DNA of 64,000 nucleotides from Fidelibacterota bacterium. Lineage in GTDB: Bacteria > Fidelibacterota > Fidelibacteria > Fidelibacterales > DSDE01. The translations under genes and the position numbers were made by a program. Shown one piece after another: positions 55,516 through 64,000 of this stretch (position 1 is the stretch's first letter; every line of letters begins with the position of its first letter). The stretch is from positions 22,231-86,230 of the forward strand of contig JBJKQR010000036.1 of the NCBI GenBank assembly GCA_046735395.1, written 5' to 3'. The notes under the pieces were generated by a model, which was not told the DNA's origin, did not search any database, and saw nothing but the letters and a program-made list of their open reading frames with translations.

Positions 55516-56435
55516 CGTTTGATGGATAAATGCAGTGCATCGCGATTGCAGGCATTGATGCAGTCGCCGCAGCCGTGACAGTCAGGAATAATTTTATTAC
55601 CATCCAGCATAGGCCTGACGGCGGGGCAGGGACTTTTCTTCAGACACAGGCCACAGTCATTGCAGTTTTCGCTGTTCACGCGAATGCGGAACAGCGACAC
55701 CTGTTCCAGCAGCCAGCTGAGCAGCCCCAGGGGGCAAAGGCCGTAACAGAAGGGCCGATAAAAGAACAGGGACAGCAGGATAAGGCCGGATAACAGAATC
55801 AGGCCCCACAGATCCAGTCCCCAGTGAAGTGTTTCAAACGGATTGATGTAATCATAGAGGCTTAGCCCCAGGCTGAAAAGAAGGATGGGATAAAGCAGCA
55901 GCGCCGCGATGCGAAGCGTATTGGCAAAACGAAAATTGATCCGGCGTCTGAAGCGATTCAGCCCCGGGATGCGGTGGGCCAGTTCCTGCAGCGCTCCCAC
56001 CGGGCAGGCCCAGGAGCAGAAGCTCTTGCTGCTGATCCAGGAAATGAGCAGAAAAACCAAGAGCAGGGACATAAAAAGGATCGGAACCGCTTTTCCCGCC
56101 CGGATGAAGAGAAAAGGTTTGGTAATGGTGCACATGGGGCTGGGATGCATGCCCATCCCCTCGGCAAGCCAACCGAGAGGCAGCGATGGCAGAATGGCGA
56201 AAATCAGGAAAGCCGCAGCGAGCAGAATCAGCCGTACCTGTCGCGTCACCAGCGACTTCCGAAGGATGATAAATCCGATCAGAGCGAACAGGACGGTCAT
56301 CCAGACCCGGGGAAGCACCCAATAACTGAAAAAGGAATTTCCGCTGAACAATGCCTTCCCGGCCGCCGAAGCGAGTGCAGCAGAAATTAAAAGCGTCGGG
56401 AAAATCCGGCGCAGCATGCTTAATATCCGAGCCAA
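55512..56435 (-). CDS. 4Fe-4S binding membrane protein (NapH/YccM-like)
   Basis: FCSWACPVGALQE, PFCYGLCPLG, CNDCGLC..CP, CHGCGDCINAC; several TMs. Confidence 0.88.
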   Translation of the reverse strand: MARILSMLRRIFPTLLISAALASAAGKALFSGNSFFSYWVLPRVWMTVLFALIGFIILRKSLVTRQVRLILLAAAFLIFAILPSLPLGWLAEGMGMHPSPMCTITKPFLFIRAGKAVPILFMSLLLVFLLISWISSKSFCSWACPVGALQELAHRIPGLNRFRRRINFRFANTLRIAALLLYPILLFSLGLSLYDYINPFETLHWGLDLWGLILLSGLILLSLFFYRPFCYGLCPLGLLSWLLEQVSLFRIRVNSENCNDCGLCLKKSPCPAVRPMLDGNKIIPDCHGCGDCINACNRDALHLSIKR

Positions 56436-56454
56436 GGGCAGCCCAGCCTTGATT

Positions 56455-56889
56455 TTATTTAAACAGTTTTTTCAGTGCGTTCAGAATTTTCTGGCCCACA
56501 AGCTCATCCGCCTTGCTGAGAATCGTCCGAACCACGGAGAGAACATCACCACCTCCGGCCCATTCCCGTTCCACCACGTCCGGGTATTTCCGGATAATGG
56601 GATTCAGGATCATGGCGGCCACCACGATGTCATCCGCGTAACCGGCCAGGCCGAGAAAAGCTTCAGGAAGCAGGTCAATGGGAGAAATGAAATAGGTGAC
56701 GGCGGCAAGGATTTTGCCCTTGTCAATAATTTCAATTTCCGGCGCTCTCAACAGCTGTATCAACAGATAGAACAGATCCGGAGCCAGCAGCAGAAATTCC
56801 CTGATTTTACTCAGGGCGGGGCTGTTCAGGGGCTTGCCGGCGATTTTCTCCCTGAGCTTGTGGTAAAAGTCATGGTGAGCGTCCGTCAT
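56455..56889 (-). CDS. YkvA/DUF1232 family protein
   Basis: YFISPIDLLPE..GLAGYADD. Confidence 0.88.
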   Translation of the reverse strand: MTDAHHDFYHKLREKIAGKPLNSPALSKIREFLLLAPDLFYLLIQLLRAPEIEIIDKGKILAAVTYFISPIDLLPEAFLGLAGYADDIVVAAMILNPIIRKYPDVVEREWAGGGDVLSVVRTILSKADELVGQKILNALKKLFK

Positions 56890-57008
56890 ACTGATCCCTT
56901 TCTCTCCGATTTAAAATTGTTTTCCAGCGCCTTAGACCTTATTCCATTGCCGTTTCAGCGAATACATCGCATATGTCGAGTCGCCCGGACGGCGTAAACA
57001 GTGTTTTT

Positions 57009-57557
57009 TCAGGACCGGGGAAGAGATGCCTTCAGGATGATGGCCGCGGCCGAAATTTTCAGCAGGGCGCCGGGAATAAAGGGAGTGAGTCCGGCGTGAA
57101 TGAGCCCGGCGTCAACAAAACGGCTGAGCCAGAGGAGGCCGCCGGAAAATACGATGGCCAGCGCCAGGGTTCCGCCGGCAATCAATCCGGGCAGTGATCG
57201 CACCTTCAATCCCGCCGTCAGTTTTGACATGACATAGGCGGCAGGAACAAAAGCCAGCAGATAACCGCCTGTCGGGCCGATCAGATGCTGAAAACCGCCG
57301 CTGAAGCCGGCGAAGACCGGCAGTCCGGCAGCGCCTTCCAGCAGATAAAGAGAGACAGCATAGACGGCAGCGGACGGCGTCAGCCATGCTGCGATAAGAA
57401 GCAGGGCCAGGGTCTGGCCCGTCACGGGAACAGGGCTGAAGGGAACAGGAATGCTGATCTGTGCAAAAAGCGCCAGGAAGAGTGAAGCTCCCCCGATGGC
57501 GGCCAGCGGGTGAACCGGGTTTTTTCCTTTAGTCAGAATGGTACTTTTTACGTTCAT
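57009..57557 (-). CDS. bioY: Biotin transporter BioY
   Basis: PVPVTGQT, YLLEGAAGLPVFAG, GPTGGYL, PFIPG..K. Confidence 0.93.
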   Translation of the reverse strand: MNVKSTILTKGKNPVHPLAAIGGASLFLALFAQISIPVPFSPVPVTGQTLALLLIAAWLTPSAAVYAVSLYLLEGAAGLPVFAGFSGGFQHLIGPTGGYLLAFVPAAYVMSKLTAGLKVRSLPGLIAGGTLALAIVFSGGLLWLSRFVDAGLIHAGLTPFIPGALLKISAAAIILKASLPRS

Positions 57558-57634
57558 GTATGATCTCCTGTTGTTTGTTAAAATTTATCGGGAATTTTAT
57601 AGATTTCCTAAGAAAAAATAGCCGGGAGGAATGT

Positions 57635-60600
57635 TCAGGACTGGGTTTTGCCCCCATCCAGAATTTCACGGAGCATGAAGGCCAGATCCCGGATATTATA
57701 GGGTTTGGGAATGAAATTGATGGAATCATTGAGCGTTCCGTTCGACTCCACGAAGGTATCGGTGTATCCGGAAGCAAAAAGGATATGGATCTCCGGATAT
57801 TTCCGGCTCACGATTTCCGCCAGCTCCTGTCCGTTCATTTCGGGCATGACGATATCGGAAATCATCAGATCCGGTTTTTTGTCCATCGTCTCCAGAATAT
57901 CCAGGGCCTGACGGCCGTCGGACGCCGTGTAGATCGTATAATGGAGATTGCTGAGAATGGTTTTTGCAAAATGAAGGACGGACTGATCATCTTCCACGAT
58001 GAGAATGCGTTCTGTTCCGGACGGAAGATTCTTCAGAGACATGGATTCCTGCCCCGGAGTCACATCCTGAGTGCCTTCCGCAGGAAAATACAGAAAGAAG
58101 GTACTTCCCTGTCCCGGCACACTTTCCAGATGAATATGGCCCTGATTCTGTTTGGTGATGCCGTAGACCGTCGCCAGGCCCAGCCCGGTTCCCTTCCCCT
58201 GGCCTTTTGTTGTGAAGAAGGGCTCGAAAATGTTCTTCTGCAGATCCGGGCTGATACCGATTCCGTTATCCTCAACGGAGATACAGACGTAACGGCCGGG
58301 CGCCAGATCATGAATTTTCCGCGTAAACTTTTCATCGAGCGTTTTCAGGCTGGTGCGAATGAGAATCTGCTTTTCACTGGCAATCTGAGTCTTTTCGTTG
58401 ACAGCATCCCGCGCATTCACCACCAGATTAATGATCGTCTGGTCCAGCTGGCCCGGATCCACCTTGATGGGCGGCAGCTTTTCCGCATATTCGTCACCCA
58501 GCCGGATATCTTCGCCGATGAGCCGCCGCAGCATTTTATGCAGATTCTGAAGGTGGGCATTCACATCGACCATCTTGGGCTGGATAATCTGTTTCCGGCT
58601 GAAAGCCAGCAGTTGCCGGACGATATTTTCCGCCTTGCGGCCGCTTTCGGCAATATTGGTAAACAGCATGTGGGTCATGGGTTCGGCTTCGCTTTCCATG
58701 ATACCGATATCGGCAAATCCGTTGATGGCCGTGAGCATATTATTGAAATCATGGGCAACCCCGCCGGCCAGTTTTCCGATACTTTCCATCTGCCGGCTGT
58801 GCTGCAGCTGGTCCTGCATGAATTTCTGTTCGGTGATATCCAGCTTGATGGCCATGAAATGCGTGATTTCACCCCTGCTGTCCAGAATGGGCCCGATGAT
58901 CACATCCTCCCAGTAAAATGACCCGTCCCGGCGCCGGTTCTTCATTTCTCCCTGCCAGTTGCGGCCGCTGGTAATGGTATCCCACAAATCCTTATAGAAG
59001 CTGACGCTCTGTTCTCCGGATTTGAAGAGCCGGGGATTCTGGCCCCGAACTTCATCGAAGGAATATCCGCTGCTCTGAACAAGCCGGGGATTTACGAATT
59101 CAATATCACCCTTGCTGTCCGTGATAATGATGCTGGCAGGATTCTGCTCCACCGCCTGGGTCATGATATTGAGCCGTTCCTGAAATTTGAGCTGGTGGGA
59201 AATATCCCGGTTCACGGATACACCGAACTTTTCGTCCTGGATCTCCATCGTACTGATAATGACATCGGTCCAGTAGGAACTCCCATCCTTGCGGATCTTC
59301 TTTTCCGTGACATGGACGGTTTCACCATTTCTCAAGGCACGGCTGTTGCGTTTCTGGTCATCCGGGCCGACCGTATCCGTAATCATTTCCATGATATTCC
59401 GGTTCAGCAGTTCATCACGGGTATAGCCGGTGTGCTGCTCGGCCGCAATATTGACATCTACAATATAGGCGTGATTATTATCAACGATGCGGGTAATAAA
59501 AACCGCGTCGTCCATACTGTTGAAGAGCCGTGTGAATTTCTCCTGATTTTCAATCCGGACCAGATCCGCTTCCTTTTCGGTGGTAATATCCTTGAAGGAT
59601 CCGCGGATGCCATGCCAGACGCCGTCACTGTCATAGACCCGCCGGCACTGATGCTGCAGCCATTTCACCTGGCCCAGACGATGAATAATACGAAAATCGA
59701 TGCGGGGAAATTCCCGGATTTCCTCCGGTTCACCCTGAGGAATATGAATGAGATAGGGTTTGTCTTCATCATGACAAATCTTTTCCAGCAGAACCGCATC
59801 CTCCATAAACGCCTCCGCGGAATATCCGCTGACCCGTTCACAGGCAGGGGATATATAGGCATAACTCCCATCCGGTTTTAACCAGTATTCCCAGTCATAA
59901 TTGAAATTTGCCAGGAGACGGTATTTTTCCTCATTATCCCTGAGCAGTTTCTCCGCCCGGGCCCGATAACTGAAATCAATGGAAAGTCCGCCGATCAGCA
60001 TATCCCCGTCCGGCGTGGCCATGCTGAACTTGTGAGTACGGTAGTGATGTTCCTGTCCTTCCACATCCTCCATGAGTTCATCGTAAATATGGACACCATT
60101 CTCAATGGCAAGGCGGTCCGTTTCGATCATGGTTTCGCCCGAGCTTCCGGGATAAATTTCCTGCATGGTTTTTCCGATGGCATTATCACCGTCAAACCAG
60201 TCCCGGAGATATTTATTCACATACATAACCCGGAAATCACTGCCTTTGAAAAAGGCGGGAGCCGGAAATTGATCCATAAAGGCCGTAAAAATGGCCTGGC
60301 TTTCCTTGAGTTCCCGTTCGATTTCAAGATGCCGGATAATCTCCCGTTCACGGATTCGCGCAAGCCGGCGGTTTTTTACCAGCATCCACGACAGCCACAC
60401 CAGAATGAGGATCAGGATGCTGACCAGCGCATTTCGGGTCAGAAAGCTGCTGCTCGTGGTGTGAATGATATCTTCCGTGTCATGCTGCAGAATCACTAAA
60501 ATGGAATCACCTCCGGCCGATCTCATGTGCAGTGTGTCGGCAACACTGAAATGTGGAATATCGCCGCTCATATTGCTGAAAAGAATGCTGTCACCGTCGG

Positions 60601-60871
60601 AAACACGAACGGACACATGATAGGCAGGCATGGCGCTGCGAAGACCGGCGGTCCAACCGGTCAGTATCCGGGAGGCAGCCGCATCCGTTGTAACCACGGT
60701 ATCAAGAAGACTTGCCAGATTTTCCAGATGCACGGTACAGGTGTTTCGTCTGCCCTGCAGTTCCTGCGTCAACCAGTGCCGTCCGGTGATAATATTATAT
60801 CCGATCAGCACACTGATCAGAATTAATGTGAAGATTATAAATTGCTTTGAGGGTCTCAGTCGGGTCGGCAT
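57635..60871 (-). CDS. Hybrid histidine kinase: 2 TM, 4 PAS, HisKA, HATPase, REC
   Basis: QMESIGKLAGGVAHDFNNML, NARDA, FEPFFTTK..GTGLGL, C-terminal REC. Confidence 0.93.
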   Translation of the reverse strand: MPTRLRPSKQFIIFTLILISVLIGYNIITGRHWLTQELQGRRNTCTVHLENLASLLDTVVTTDAAASRILTGWTAGLRSAMPAYHVSVRVSDGDSILFSNMSGDIPHFSVADTLHMRSAGGDSILVILQHDTEDIIHTTSSSFLTRNALVSILILILVWLSWMLVKNRRLARIREREIIRHLEIERELKESQAIFTAFMDQFPAPAFFKGSDFRVMYVNKYLRDWFDGDNAIGKTMQEIYPGSSGETMIETDRLAIENGVHIYDELMEDVEGQEHHYRTHKFSMATPDGDMLIGGLSIDFSYRARAEKLLRDNEEKYRLLANFNYDWEYWLKPDGSYAYISPACERVSGYSAEAFMEDAVLLEKICHDEDKPYLIHIPQGEPEEIREFPRIDFRIIHRLGQVKWLQHQCRRVYDSDGVWHGIRGSFKDITTEKEADLVRIENQEKFTRLFNSMDDAVFITRIVDNNHAYIVDVNIAAEQHTGYTRDELLNRNIMEMITDTVGPDDQKRNSRALRNGETVHVTEKKIRKDGSSYWTDVIISTMEIQDEKFGVSVNRDISHQLKFQERLNIMTQAVEQNPASIIITDSKGDIEFVNPRLVQSSGYSFDEVRGQNPRLFKSGEQSVSFYKDLWDTITSGRNWQGEMKNRRRDGSFYWEDVIIGPILDSRGEITHFMAIKLDITEQKFMQDQLQHSRQMESIGKLAGGVAHDFNNMLTAINGFADIGIMESEAEPMTHMLFTNIAESGRKAENIVRQLLAFSRKQIIQPKMVDVNAHLQNLHKMLRRLIGEDIRLGDEYAEKLPPIKVDPGQLDQTIINLVVNARDAVNEKTQIASEKQILIRTSLKTLDEKFTRKIHDLAPGRYVCISVEDNGIGISPDLQKNIFEPFFTTKGQGKGTGLGLATVYGITKQNQGHIHLESVPGQGSTFFLYFPAEGTQDVTPGQESMSLKNLPSGTERILIVEDDQSVLHFAKTILSNLHYTIYTASDGRQALDILETMDKKPDLMISDIVMPEMNGQELAEIVSRKYPEIHILFASGYTDTFVESNGTLNDSINFIPKPYNIRDLAFMLREILDGGKTQS

Positions 60872-60908
60872 GTTTTTTCTTTACCTCAGCACATACATTT
60901 GCGTTTTA

Positions 60909-62009
60909 TCATTTATCCACCGAAAAAATATCAACGATTTTTTCACCAGCAAGGTAATCCTTGGTCTGATAACTGCCGGATCTGGCAATTTTCTGAATAT
61001 TGGAAGTTATTTTTCCGATACGCTGGCACTCGGAATGAATATTCTGTAAATAGGGATACGCAGCATCGTCAGTCCCGCCCTGAAGAATGAGCCACTCACT
61101 GATCAGGGAAATAGCCTGCAGCGGCTGGTTTATCTCATGGGCAGCAGCTCCCGCCATCTCAATCACACCATAGGCCCGGGCCATCTCCTGCCGTTTTTCC
61201 TCCGCCCGTACCCGATCACTCAGATCGGTAAAGATGAATATTTTCCCGACCGGTTCATACTCATTATTCAGAATTTCCGTGTATTTCAAATTGCAGGGAA
61301 ACTGTGATCCGTCTCTCCGCAGCGCCTGAATATCTGAATCCGATGTCAATTTTTGCAGATCCAGATCCTCCTGAACCAGGGAATTGAGTCCGATTTCAGC
61401 AATCCGGTTTGCCGTATAACCGAAAAGATATCCGAAGGCTTCATTGATATACCAGATGGCATTGGCCATATCCGTGATCAGGATTCCTTCACTGGTATTG
61501 TCCAATGCCGCCTTCAGTCGTGCCAGTTCATCATTTGAATGGTCCGTATTGCGAAAAAGCGGAGCTGAAGAATTGACATGACTTGAAAAATTCCGGATGA
61601 TCTTGAGATTTTTGTAAACATGCCTGGATAATTCCCGGTCATCTGCAGAGCTCACGAGAACGGCATCATCGATCGTCGTTTCCGATTCCAGAAGATCCAG
61701 TTTGTCCGCGCTGTCCGCCTGAAGTACCGCCATACAGAGACAGAAGCTGTCACGGGTCTTGATATTTCGAATGAAATCAAGGTAGGCTTCCAGATCCCGG
61801 GTCCGTATATCAAGTATGATAAGCTGGCTTTCCTTTTCAAGAAGGTCTTCGGGGAAGGAATGGAGCGGCCCCCAGTAATTGAGAACACCGCGGCTCCCGG
61901 GTGTCAAAAAGGCCGAAAGCAGTTCCGAAATATTATCGGTGAAATCCGGGTCCTCCGAGATCAGCGAGATGACGACGGAATCAGGTATATACAAATGGGG
62001 ATAATTCAT
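60909..62009 (-). CDS. Degenerate REC-like + PAS + HisKA protein without ATPase domain
   Basis: LDNTSEGILITD..YINEAF PAS; MAGAAAHEINQPL H-box; ends about 60 aa later with no N/G boxes. Confidence 0.78.
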   Translation of the reverse strand: MNYPHLYIPDSVVISLISEDPDFTDNISELLSAFLTPGSRGVLNYWGPLHSFPEDLLEKESQLIILDIRTRDLEAYLDFIRNIKTRDSFCLCMAVLQADSADKLDLLESETTIDDAVLVSSADDRELSRHVYKNLKIIRNFSSHVNSSAPLFRNTDHSNDELARLKAALDNTSEGILITDMANAIWYINEAFGYLFGYTANRIAEIGLNSLVQEDLDLQKLTSDSDIQALRRDGSQFPCNLKYTEILNNEYEPVGKIFIFTDLSDRVRAEEKRQEMARAYGVIEMAGAAAHEINQPLQAISLISEWLILQGGTDDAAYPYLQNIHSECQRIGKITSNIQKIARSGSYQTKDYLAGEKIVDIFSVDK

Positions 62010-62159
62010 AATGGAATCGCTTAACAGATATACGGCTCCAATTTATTTCCGGGTAAAATACTAAAAAGTTCCAGGAAATGCATGTATTCATCCGAACAAA
62101 ATTACGACAATTCCTGTCCACGATGACCGGACGCAGCTTATTTTCTGTAAAACGGGGTC

Positions 62160-62471
62160 TCAGCGAAATTTGACAGCCGTACCGTAAACGAGGATTTCGG
62201 CAGCACCCTGCCGAACACTGCTGCTGGCATAGCGAACAGTGACAATCGCATCGGCTCCCAGCTTTTCAGCATCCTCAATACAGCGTTTGGTGGCAATGGC
62301 CCGTGCCTCATTCAGCATTGCCGAGTCATTGGTGAGTTCACCGCCGATCAGGCTCTTCAGGCCTGACATGATATCCCGTCCGACATTCTTGGACTGGATG
62401 ACAGACCCTTTTACGAGGCCGAGGGTCTCGAGATTTTTTCCGCTGATCGTTTCAGTAGTTACTAAGATCAT
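62160..62471 (-). CDS. YbjQ/UPF0145 family protein
   Basis: MILVTTETISGK..LGLVKG..GRDI..LKSLIGGEL..GADAIV.VRY..EILVYGTAVK. Confidence 0.92.
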   Translation of the reverse strand: MILVTTETISGKNLETLGLVKGSVIQSKNVGRDIMSGLKSLIGGELTNDSAMLNEARAIATKRCIEDAEKLGADAIVTVRYASSSVRQGAAEILVYGTAVKFR

Positions 62472-62679
62472 CTTCGTATCCTTCCCGGAGTTCCTTGATT
62501 CGTTGCAGGACAATATACATAACGGTGGCAAGCGCCACGACCGTAAAAACCGCGACCACGATCAGAGTCCAGTATGGTAATTTCAGAAAATGGATCAACG
62601 CGATATAGGCGATGGTATTTGCCAGAACCATGACAGCCAGCAGAATACCGGTCAGAAGGGGTGAGAACATTTTTTTCAT
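62452..62679 (-). CDS. Small two-TM hypothetical protein
   Basis: Two hydrophobic helices then QRIKELREGYEDDLSNY; overlaps both neighbours. Confidence 0.7.
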   Translation of the reverse strand: MKKMFSPLLTGILLAVMVLANTIAYIALIHFLKLPYWTLIVVAVFTVVALATVMYIVLQRIKELREGYEDDLSNY

Positions 62680-63317
62680 TGGCTGACAAGCTCCCATGTA
62701 AAACTCAGATTCAGCGCTGCCCGGAGCCGGGTGTCATTCCGGGGATAACTCAGGGTTATGTAGGGTTCCAGGCTGTAGGAGCCCACAGAAAGCCCGCTGC
62801 TGAGCGCAAGTTCCGCATCCCAGGTATTTTCGGGCATTCGAAGACCGTATTTGAAACTCATATAGATCGGCAGGCCCGGATCATAACCGACCCAGGTGTC
62901 CACGGATGCATACACATCCTTCCGGACAGGATCTGCAATAATCTTCCCGGTTACAGGCCGTAACAGACGGGTTTCGAGAGACATCTCCAACTCCGCTGCA
63001 GGGGATGTCCACCGGCAACTGCGTCCTCGCAGTCCCAGGCTTAGAAAGGATTCCTTCCAAAGATCCCTGTCATAGTGCAGCGTTGCTTCAGCCTCATTAT
63101 AGGGAATTCCGCTCATCTCGCTGTAGAACCACAGATCGGCCCAGACCGGCCCCGTTTCCGTATCCAGTATCAGGGACTGGGATAATCCGGGTTTTTCGCG
63201 CCCCATCACGTCACCATTTCTCAGATACAGACTGTGAACAGATGAAACGGCATCGACAAAGATGCCCTGGGCAAAAAGAGAGAGGGACGAGGCCAGAACC
63301 AGCAGAATGATTCGCAT
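62676..63317 (-). CDS. Hypothetical exported (possibly outer-membrane) protein
   Basis: MRIILLVLASSLSLFAQ signal peptide; beta-rich; LNLSFTW near the C-terminus. Confidence 0.65.
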   Translation of the reverse strand: MRIILLVLASSLSLFAQGIFVDAVSSVHSLYLRNGDVMGREKPGLSQSLILDTETGPVWADLWFYSEMSGIPYNEAEATLHYDRDLWKESFLSLGLRGRSCRWTSPAAELEMSLETRLLRPVTGKIIADPVRKDVYASVDTWVGYDPGLPIYMSFKYGLRMPENTWDAELALSSGLSVGSYSLEPYITLSYPRNDTRLRAALNLSFTWELVSQ

Positions 63318-63417
63318 AATGAAATTTAGAATGATTTTGTCATTTCGACAAGACTTTGATCTGAGACGCTGCCGAAACAGGTCCTGTAATAATCCAACGC
63401 GACCGCGGGCTGATCTG

Positions 63418-64000
63418 CTACCGATCCGCCATCCTCTGCCGATCTGTGAGTATCCCTTCAGCCATCGCCATGTCTTCCGGACTATTGATATTGATGAATT
63501 CCGATTCATCTGAAAATGATATCGTACGGTGAGGTAAGGTCCTCAGCAACCGATACAGTGCATAGTGTCCGCCATCAAGAGCTTTCGCCAGTGGCCGCAG
63601 AAGATCCGGATGGAGGAAACCGCAGGTGTAGTGCACATTTCCCTTCGTTTCCGCAAAAACGGACAGCTGCTCTTCCTGTGCTGCATTCCGGAGCCGGTGT
63701 ATCGCATCCGCAGAGACCAGAGGCATATCACAGGGCAGAATGAAAGCCCAGTTCCCCTTCGCATCACTCAGAGCCGTGACCAGGCCGTTCAGAGCACATT
63801 GAACCTCCACCCGGTCCCGGAGATGCCCGAGACCTTCCAGAACAGGATCTTTGCCCACACTCGCAACGTGGGGGAAAATGGAACCGAGGGTACGGGCACA
63901 TCGGCTTATCAGAGCCTCTCCCGCAAGTTCCGCCCTGCACTTGGGCTCGCCATAACGACGTGACTGCCCGCCTGTCAGAATATAGGCATCGGAAAAAACC
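63418..64000 (-). CDS. mobA: Molybdenum cofactor guanylyltransferase, 5' end beyond window
   Basis: Frame open to the window edge: AYILTGGQSRRYGEPK, ALNGL..AL, ILPCDMPLV, FININSPED. Confidence 0.88.
   Translation of the reverse strand, partial: VFSDAYILTGGQSRRYGEPKCRAELAGEALISRCARTLGSIFPHVASVGKDPVLEGLGHLRDRVEVQCALNGLVTALSDAKGNWAFILPCDMPLVSADAIHRLRNAAQEEQLSVFAETKGNVHYTCGFLHPDLLRPLAKALDGGHYALYRLLRTLPHRTISFSDESEFININSPEDMAMAEGILTDRQRMADR

Noticed and set aside
63318..63417. Possible Moco or other riboswitch next to mobA
   Set aside because: It lies downstream of mobA and shows no recognisable consensus or convincing stems

Overview
Bacterial chromosomal window, probably from an FCB-superphylum organism (inferred from four large proteins with T9SS-type NYPNPFNP C-terminal domains; a Marinimicrobia-like lineage is plausible but unproven). 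Left to right: amidase tail, murI, folC and tRNA-Val(CAC); a cohesin/dockerin secreted protein; an ECF sigma/anti-sigma pair; tRNA-Arg(CCG) and tRNA-Lys(CTT); a decayed tyrosine-integrase fragment followed by three more large secreted proteins; small unrelated genes around a repeat-rich structured spacer; a 14.5 kb phosphorelay cluster (REC-HD-GYP, three hybrid kinases, Hpt, PAS-PAS-Cys motif); a TetR-TolC-HlyD-ABC efflux operon; PMM/PGM, polyprenyl synthase, ptsH, ptsI; then a 4Fe-4S membrane protein, bioY, more kinases, YbjQ and mobA. The most unusual signal is that two different tRNA genes are each followed by a second copy of their own 3' end plus terminator. In both copies the T-loop is interrupted by GC-rich hairpins and an upstream heptamer could rebuild the acceptor stem ending in ACCA, suggesting tRNA-mimic RNAs or miniature tRNA-targeting elements. 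Also notable: an in-frame amber codon inside an FDPxTG-repeat gene, a signal peptide reachable only from an ATA/ATC codon, and a candidate ~220 nt structured non-coding element. All family calls come from motif recognition by eye; no database search was run.
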